From Saccharolobus solfataricus (lineage in GTDB: Archaea; Thermoproteota; Thermoprotei_A; Sulfolobales; Sulfolobaceae), in assembly GCF_900079115.1 (NCBI RefSeq), contig NZ_LT549890.1, positions 2,400,001 through 2,432,000 on the forward strand: a stretch of DNA of 32,000 nucleotides, in the 5' to 3' direction. The position numbers were made by a program, and so were the translations under genes. This document shows positions 26,469-32,000 of this stretch, one piece after another (the stretch's first letter is position 1; the number at the start of each line of letters is the position of its first letter). The notes under the pieces are model-generated. The model was not told the DNA's origin. It searched no databases and saw only the letters and a list, made by a program, of their open reading frames with translations.

Positions 26469-27776
26469 ATGGAAATAGCTGAAAAGATTGCTGAATTTGT
26501 GAGTTCAGTAAATTATCAAAATTTAAGTGAAAAGGTTATACATGAGGCAAAAAGAAGAATAATTGATGCAATAGCAGTAGCTCGTGGAGCATTAAATTCC
26601 CCACCTCATTTAGTTAACAAAAACGTGGTAACATACTTTCTGGGTTCTGTACCTCTACTTTTTGGAGGAAATGCAACTCCAGATTTCGCAGCATTTTACA
26701 ATACTTTCTTAATTAGATATCTCGATTTTAATGATACTTACCTTTCAAAGGAGCCCCTACATCCTAGTGACATGATAGGGGCTTTCTTATCCTTAGGTTC
26801 CCTATTTAATTTAGAAGGGAAGGATGTAATAGAAGCTGTTGCTATAGGATATGAGGTCGGTGTAAAGTTATGCGACGCAACATCATTGAGAAAGAAAGGT
26901 TTTGATCACGTGACTTTCCTTCAAGTTGGAGCTGCAGCAGGTTTAGCTAAGATGTTAAAATTGGACGAAAAATCTACTGTTAACGCTATTTCATTAACAT
27001 TAGTACCAAATATTGCACTTAGAGAGACTAGATCTGGGGAATTATCGATGTGGAAGGCTGGTGCAGCAGCAGATGCCTCAAGGAAAGCGGTTTTTGGAGC
27101 GCTATTAGCTAAATTTGGAATGACGAGCCCTTCAAAGCCTTTCTCAGGTAGATTAGGTTTTGTAAACGTTGTGGCAAAAGATTTTGACTCTACGGTGTTT
27201 AATCGCCTAGAGGACGATGGTATACTTAAAACCAGCTTAAAGAAATATCCAGTGGAGTATCATGCTGAGGCAGTGGTAGAAGCTGGGAAGAGTTTTAACG
27301 TTAACGTTGATGATATAATTAAGATAGAAGTCGAAACCTATGAAGCAGCTAAGACAATAATAGCAGATGAGGAGAAATGGAATCCTACCAATAAGGAGAC
27401 AGCAGATCATAGTCTGCCCTACATCCTGGCTTATACCTTAATTAAGAAGGATTTCTGGCTTGACGCATACGATAAAGAGATGATATTTAATGAAAAAATA
27501 AGAAATTTAATGAAAAAGATTACTGTTATTGAGGATGAAAAATATACTAGTATATATCCGAAGGAGCTACCCGTTAAGGTCACAATCTATACCACTAAGG
27601 GTAAAGATACGATCGAAGTTAGGAACCCTAGAGGATATTATAATAATCCAATGACTGATGCTGAAGTTGAAGAAAAATACTTAAGGCTGAAAGGTAGAAA
27701 GGAAGAGTTAAATATTTTGTGGAATATGGAAGAATTAAAGGTGAAGGAGATTGTCTCAAGTATTAAGGGAAGCTGA
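26469..27776 (+). CDS. prpD: 2-methylcitrate dehydratase (MmgE/PrpD family)
   Basis: 435-aa protein with PrpD-like architecture (N-terminal AEFV...L...VIHEAKRRIIDAIAVA, internal DHVTF, and ADHSLPYILA near the C-terminal domain). It is followed by prpB. Confidence 0.75.
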   Translation: MEIAEKIAEFVSSVNYQNLSEKVIHEAKRRIIDAIAVARGALNSPPHLVNKNVVTYFLGSVPLLFGGNATPDFAAFYNTFLIRYLDFNDTYLSKEPLHPSDMIGAFLSLGSLFNLEGKDVIEAVAIGYEVGVKLCDATSLRKKGFDHVTFLQVGAAAGLAKMLKLDEKSTVNAISLTLVPNIALRETRSGELSMWKAGAAADASRKAVFGALLAKFGMTSPSKPFSGRLGFVNVVAKDFDSTVFNRLEDDGILKTSLKKYPVEYHAEAVVEAGKSFNVNVDDIIKIEVETYEAAKTIIADEEKWNPTNKETADHSLPYILAYTLIKKDFWLDAYDKEMIFNEKIRNLMKKITVIEDEKYTSIYPKELPVKVTIYTTKGKDTIEVRNPRGYYNNPMTDAEVEEKYLRLKGRKEELNILWNMEELKVKEIVSSIKGS

Positions 27777-28608
27777 TTTCTTAATGGTTCCGGGAGTTTT
27801 TAATCCTTTTACTGCAATTCTGGCAAAAAAGGTAGGTTTTAAGGCTGTATACTTATCAGGTGCTGCTCTTACATCATCTTACGGCTTACCAGACATAGGT
27901 TTAATAACATTAGATGAAGTTGCTGAGATGATAAGAAGAATTAAAGAAGTTGTTGATATCCCGATAATAGTTGATTCAGATACCGGGTTTGGTGAGGCAA
28001 TGAACGTTTATAGAACTGTAAGAGTCCTAGAAAAAGCAGGTGCTGATGCTATTCAAATAGAGGATCAAAGAATGCCAAAGAAATGTGGGCACTTAGAGGG
28101 TAAAGAGGTCGTGGAGCCTTTAGAAATGGTTCAAAAGATAAAGGCTGCTTTAAAGGCTAGAAGAGATGCTTTAATAATAGCAAGAGTAGATTCTCGTGGT
28201 GTAATTGGTCTTGACGATGCAATAGAGAGGGCTAAGATTTATTTAGAGGCAGGAGCTGATATAATATTTCCAGAGGCTTTAACCAGTAAGGAGGAATTCA
28301 CTAAGTTCGCTAAAGAGGTAAAAGCCCCGTTATTAGCTAATATGACTGAATTTGGTAAAACCCCTTACATTAAAGCTCAAGAGTTTAAGGAGATGGGTTA
28401 CAAATATGTAATATTCCCTGTTACTATATTTAGGGTAGCAGCTAAGGCGATGAAGGATGCCTTAGAGGTTTTATTAAGAGAGGGAACACAAATCAACTTA
28501 TTAGATAAAATGATTAATAGGCAACAGCAATATGAGATAATTGATTACTTCTTCTACGAGAGATTAGACAAGGAATTAGGTAGTATAAAACTCGTTAGAA
28601 AGCTTTAA
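27751..28608 (+). CDS. prpB: Methylisocitrate lyase (PEP mutase/isocitrate lyase superfamily)
   Basis: YLSGAA, DSDTGFG and QIEDQRMPKKCGHLEGK (the catalytic KKCGH loop). The TTG start at 27751 overlaps prpD by 26 nt; the alternative ATG is at 27784. Confidence 0.8.
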   Translation: MSQVLREADFLMVPGVFNPFTAILAKKVGFKAVYLSGAALTSSYGLPDIGLITLDEVAEMIRRIKEVVDIPIIVDSDTGFGEAMNVYRTVRVLEKAGADAIQIEDQRMPKKCGHLEGKEVVEPLEMVQKIKAALKARRDALIIARVDSRGVIGLDDAIERAKIYLEAGADIIFPEALTSKEEFTKFAKEVKAPLLANMTEFGKTPYIKAQEFKEMGYKYVIFPVTIFRVAAKAMKDALEVLLREGTQINLLDKMINRQQQYEIIDYFFYERLDKELGSIKLVRKL

Positions 28609-28632
28609 ATTTTTATATATGAAATTTAAATT

Positions 28633-29061
28633 ATGGCAATAACTTCTAGAAGCTTAATTAAGAGATCTCCCGTGGTTGTTAAGGTAGGTACTAAGGCTAT
28701 TGATGCTTGTAAGATTATGTATCAAAATAATATAGGATCTGTGGTAATTGTTAATGAAAAAGATTATCCAGTAGGAATATTTACAGAGAGAGATGTATTA
28801 CGTGCAGTAGCGTGTGGAAAAGATTTGAATGATAAAGTGGAGAACCTAGGAACTTTTGGGAAGTTAGTAACAGTTAAATCTAACTCTTCAATTGGGGAGA
28901 TAGCAGAGAAGATGGTTAAAAATAACATAAGACATATAGTTGTAGTAGATGATGAAGGTAAGCTTATTGGTGTTGTGTCTATAAAAGACATAGTAAATGA
29001 GAAACACGTTCTAGATTTTTTAGTTAGGTCTGAGTTAAATTGGGAAGGAGGGACTGATTAA
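28633..29061 (+). CDS. CBS-domain pair protein (142 aa)
   Basis: Two CBS repeats (IGSVVIVNEKDYPVGIFTERDVLR and IRHIVVVDDEGKLIGVVSIKDIV). Its stop overlaps the next ATG (TAATG). Confidence 0.8.
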   Translation: MAITSRSLIKRSPVVVKVGTKAIDACKIMYQNNIGSVVIVNEKDYPVGIFTERDVLRAVACGKDLNDKVENLGTFGKLVTVKSNSSIGEIAEKMVKNNIRHIVVVDDEGKLIGVVSIKDIVNEKHVLDFLVRSELNWEGGTD

Positions 29062-30194
29062 TGAGTGTCGTAAGTAAAGGTTTGGAGAATGTTATTATAA
29101 AGGTTACAAATTTAACATTCATAGATGGGGAGAAAGGAATACTGAGGTATAGAGGATATAATATTGAAGATCTAGTTAACTATGGCAGTTACGAAGAGAC
29201 TATCTACTTAATGCTTTATGGAAAATTACCTACAAAGAAAGAATTAAACGATTTAAAGGCTAAACTTAATGAGGAATACGAGGTACCTCAGGAAGTTTTA
29301 GACACAATATACCTTATGCCGAAAGAAGCAGACGCAATAGGTCTTTTAGAAGTAGGAACAGCAGCATTAGCCTCTATTGATAAGAACTTTAAATGGAAGG
29401 AAAACGATAAAGAAAAAGCAATTAGCATTATTGCTAAAATGGCTACTCTAGTAGCAAATGTATATAGAAGAAAGGAGGGTAATAAGCCAAGAATTCCAGA
29501 GCCCTCAGATAGTTTTGCAAAAAGCTTTCTTTTAGCGAGTTTCGCTAGGGAACCTACTACAGATGAGATAAACGCAATGGATAAGGCGTTAATACTTTAT
29601 ACTGATCATGAAGTGCCAGCATCGACAACGGCAGCACTTGTTGCAGCATCCACTTTGTCGGATATGTATTCTTCCCTTACTGCAGCCTTAGCTGCGTTAA
29701 AAGGTCCATTACATGGTGGAGCAGCTGAAGAGGCTTTTAAGCAATTCATTGAAATAGGTGATCCAAATAGAGTACAAAACTGGTTTAATGATAAGGTAGT
29801 GAATCAGAAGAATAGACTAATGGGATTTGGTCATAGAGTTTACAAGACTTATGATCCCAGGGCAAAGATATTTAAGAAACTAGCCTTAACGCTAATTGAA
29901 AGGAATGCTGATGCAAGGAGATATTTTGAGATAGCTCAAAAACTTGAGGAGTTGGGAATTAAGCAATTTTCTAGCAAGGGAATCTATCCTAACACTGATT
30001 TCTATTCTGGAATAGTCTTCTACGCTTTAGGATTTCCAGTATACATGTTTACTGCCTTATTTGCCTTATCGAGAACTTTAGGTTGGTTAGCACATATAAT
30101 AGAATATGTAGAGGAACAGCACAGACTTATTAGACCAAGAGCCTTATATGTTGGACCAGAATATCAAGAGTATGTTTCTATAGATAAACGATAA
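29061..30194 (+). CDS. gltA: Citrate synthase / 2-methylcitrate synthase
   Basis: GPLHGGA, MGFGHRVYKTYDPR and NTDFYSG catalytic blocks. The sequence matches my recollection of the structurally characterised S. solfataricus citrate synthase. Confidence 0.9.
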   Translation: MSVVSKGLENVIIKVTNLTFIDGEKGILRYRGYNIEDLVNYGSYEETIYLMLYGKLPTKKELNDLKAKLNEEYEVPQEVLDTIYLMPKEADAIGLLEVGTAALASIDKNFKWKENDKEKAISIIAKMATLVANVYRRKEGNKPRIPEPSDSFAKSFLLASFAREPTTDEINAMDKALILYTDHEVPASTTAALVAASTLSDMYSSLTAALAALKGPLHGGAAEEAFKQFIEIGDPNRVQNWFNDKVVNQKNRLMGFGHRVYKTYDPRAKIFKKLALTLIERNADARRYFEIAQKLEELGIKQFSSKGIYPNTDFYSGIVFYALGFPVYMFTALFALSRTLGWLAHIIEYVEEQHRLIRPRALYVGPEYQEYVSIDKR

Positions 30195-30196
30195 GT

Positions 30197-30214
30197 CTTT
30201 TTTATTCTTTTCTC
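30197..30214 (+). terminator. T-rich tract after citrate synthase
   Basis: cttttttattcttttctc starts 3 nt after the TAA. Confidence 0.3.
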
Positions 30215-30228
30215 TAAAATATACATAG

Positions 30229-30600
30229 ATGCCTTTAATAGTAGGTCTAATAGGTTCTGTTATAGCCTTTATAGTAGCGTGGATAGTGGTTTCAATACCC
30301 ACGTGGATAGCTGGAAAAATAGTTACACCAAGAACTGCCACGTTTGGTAGAGCAATGTTGGCAACGTTAATTGGAGTAATAGTTTATGCAATTTTCACTG
30401 CATTATTCTCACTTATATCTCCAATAATTGGAGTAATAATAGGATTTATAGCATTTCTAGGAGTATACAAGGTAGTCTTTAACACTGGCTGGTTACAAGC
30501 GTTAGGTATAGCAATTTTAGCAATAATAGTTGCATTCATAATACTATTTATCCTAGGGCTAATAGGGATTGCATTGCCTCATTTAGGTCCTTTCAAGTAG
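30229..30600 (+). CDS. Small integral membrane protein (123 aa, 4 predicted TM helices)
   Basis: Almost entirely hydrophobic helices (LIGSVIAFIVAWIVVSI, LIGVIVYAIFTALF, IIGFIAFLGVY, GIAILAIIVAFIILFILGLIGI). Confidence 0.55.
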   Translation: MPLIVGLIGSVIAFIVAWIVVSIPTWIAGKIVTPRTATFGRAMLATLIGVIVYAIFTALFSLISPIIGVIIGFIAFLGVYKVVFNTGWLQALGIAILAIIVAFIILFILGLIGIALPHLGPFK

Positions 30601-31094
30601 AACTCAAAGTAATTTTTTCTTTTTAGTTCAAAAGGAAATCTTTTAGATACCAGGTAAATAATCCCATCATCAGCTCTTATTTCCTCTGCGTATCCTAAAT
30701 CGTAAGCCATAGCAGCCATTGCACACAATGCAGCATCCACATAATCCTTAATTTCATGTAAGTCTTTCCAATTCAAACCTACAATCTTCATGGAAGATGT
30801 TGGATGAGTCTCAATTACATTATATAATTTTTCCTTCAATTGGATAGCCCTTTGCACGAGGGTTTTCATGAAGGATGGAGGCAATACCCTCAGTTTTCTT
30901 TTTATCATTTCCTTATCTACATTTCTAAAACCGTTGTGATAAGAAAGAGGAGAATCTATGGCAGTAATTTTCGCTACCTTACAACTTTCAATAATTTCCT
31001 CGTTTGTTACTAGTTCGATGATTTTTATCTCGTTGTCTATGAGTATTGCTACTGCAGTCTTTCTTCTTACTGCCAGATCGATTCCACAATACAT
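30579..31094 (-). CDS. Hypothetical protein, possible RNase H-fold (DUF429-like) protein
   Basis: N-terminal [17 protein letters not shown] resembles the first beta-strand/Asp of RNase H-fold proteins. The assignment is weak. Confidence 0.4.
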   Translation of the reverse strand: MYCGIDLAVRRKTAVAILIDNEIKIIELVTNEEIIESCKVAKITAIDSPLSYHNGFRNVDKEMIKRKLRVLPPSFMKTLVQRAIQLKEKLYNVIETHPTSSMKIVGLNWKDLHEIKDYVDAALCAMAAMAYDLGYAEEIRADDGIIYLVSKRFPFELKRKNYFEFYLKGPK

Positions 31095-31121
31095 ATTTAT
31101 TTCCCTTATTATCTTCTTATT

Positions 31122-31805
31122 GTGAAACCTCCTATTATTATAATAAACTTTAAGGCATACGAGAACTCGTTTGGTGATAAAGCAGTAAATTTAGGTAAAA
31201 AAATAGAAAAAATAAGTAAAGAGTACTCAGTTGAAATCATATTGTCAACACCAGCCACCATGATATATAGAATGTCTCAGGAAGTAGATTTACCAATTTA
31301 TGCTGAACATGTAGACCCAGTACCTTTAGGAGCATTTACTGGAGCGATATTACCAGAAATGGTAAAAGATGCAGGTGCTAAGGGTACTTTAATAAATCAC
31401 AGTGAGAGACGTCTAAGAGCTGATGAAATAGATGATGTGCTAAAAAGGACCAAAAAATTAGGTTTAAAGAGTATATTATGTGTTGACAGATATGAATTGG
31501 TATATCCCTTTAGTTTGCTGAAACCTGACGCAATTTTAATAGAGCCCCCAGAATTGATAGGAACTGGTGTCTCAGTTTCGAAGGCTAAACCTGAGGTAAT
31601 AACTAGAGCTGTAGATGAGATAAGAAAGTCCGAGGGAATATATCTAATAGCAGGGGCTGGAATTACTACTGGTGAGGATGTTTATAAGGCGTTGAAGCTT
31701 GGAGCTCATGGAATAGGTGTAGCAAGTGCTGTTATGAAGGCTAAAGAGCCTGAAAAGGTTGTTGAGGACTTTATTACAAGTGCATTGAGGGCGATCTCTT
31801 CGTAG
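31122..31805 (+). CDS. tpiA: Triosephosphate isomerase (archaeal short form)
   Basis: [24 protein letters not shown] and [11 protein letters not shown] motifs. GTG start. Confidence 0.9.
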   Translation: MKPPIIIINFKAYENSFGDKAVNLGKKIEKISKEYSVEIILSTPATMIYRMSQEVDLPIYAEHVDPVPLGAFTGAILPEMVKDAGAKGTLINHSERRLRADEIDDVLKRTKKLGLKSILCVDRYELVYPFSLLKPDAILIEPPELIGTGVSVSKAKPEVITRAVDEIRKSEGIYLIAGAGITTGEDVYKALKLGAHGIGVASAVMKAKEPEKVVEDFITSALRAISS

Positions 31806-32000
31806 CTATTTTCAATAGGTATATGTAAAGTTCTGGAAAATTATTTTTACAAATGTCCTTTATTTCATTGTTCTCAAATCTAATTAACGAGAAATATACG
31901 TAAAGATATATTGCTGCAGAAAACAGAGCGCAGTCTTTTATTTCCATGCACAATCCTTCCAATCTTATTACGTTTATTAGCAAGCTCTTATCAATTAGTT

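Noticed and set aside
31774-31983. 69-aa - strand ORF at the right edge
   Set aside because: It overlaps the 3' end of tpiA, is short, and has no motif. There is not enough evidence to call it a gene.

Overview
This is an AT-rich crenarchaeal chromosome segment of the Sulfolobus/Saccharolobus solfataricus type. I recognise the citrate synthase, zinc ferredoxin, malate dehydrogenase, archaeal TIM and ISC-type insertion sequences; all family and IS names are from memory, with no database search. About 25 housekeeping or accessory genes are present. They include glnA (partial), a disulfide oxidoreductase, a BluB-like nitroreductase, a VIT1 iron transporter, sfsA, zinc ferredoxin, an M61 peptidase and UDP-sulfoquinovose synthase. 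They also include mdh, a prpD-prpB-CBS-citrate synthase methylcitrate cluster and tpiA. The rest is an unusually dense set of mobile DNA. (1) An ISC1234-like IS5-family element splits an MHS-type MFS transporter gene at codon 16, with a 6-bp target duplication. (2) At 7.6-12.2 kb there is a four-level nest. A TnpB-only IS200/IS605-family remnant is interrupted by an ISC1359-like IS4-family element. That element's transposase gene carries an ISC1217-like element and a second ISC1234 copy only about 10 bp apart, and the host ORF can be rebuilt in frame by removing both. (3) A frameshifted ISC1058-like element lies at 19.7-20.7 kb. The least explained locus is 20.8-22.7 kb. There a perfect 199-bp, strongly G-over-C-skewed direct repeat brackets 647 bp of non-coding DNA (with a MITE-like structure) and a vapBC toxin-antitoxin cassette. 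I also propose a C/D box sRNA at 16.55 kb whose D' guide complements a conserved archaeal 23S rRNA segment. Other items are a standalone RecB-type nuclease next to a tandem Lrp regulator, and a wHTH plus orphan gene pair. No CRISPR array, tRNA or rRNA was seen.
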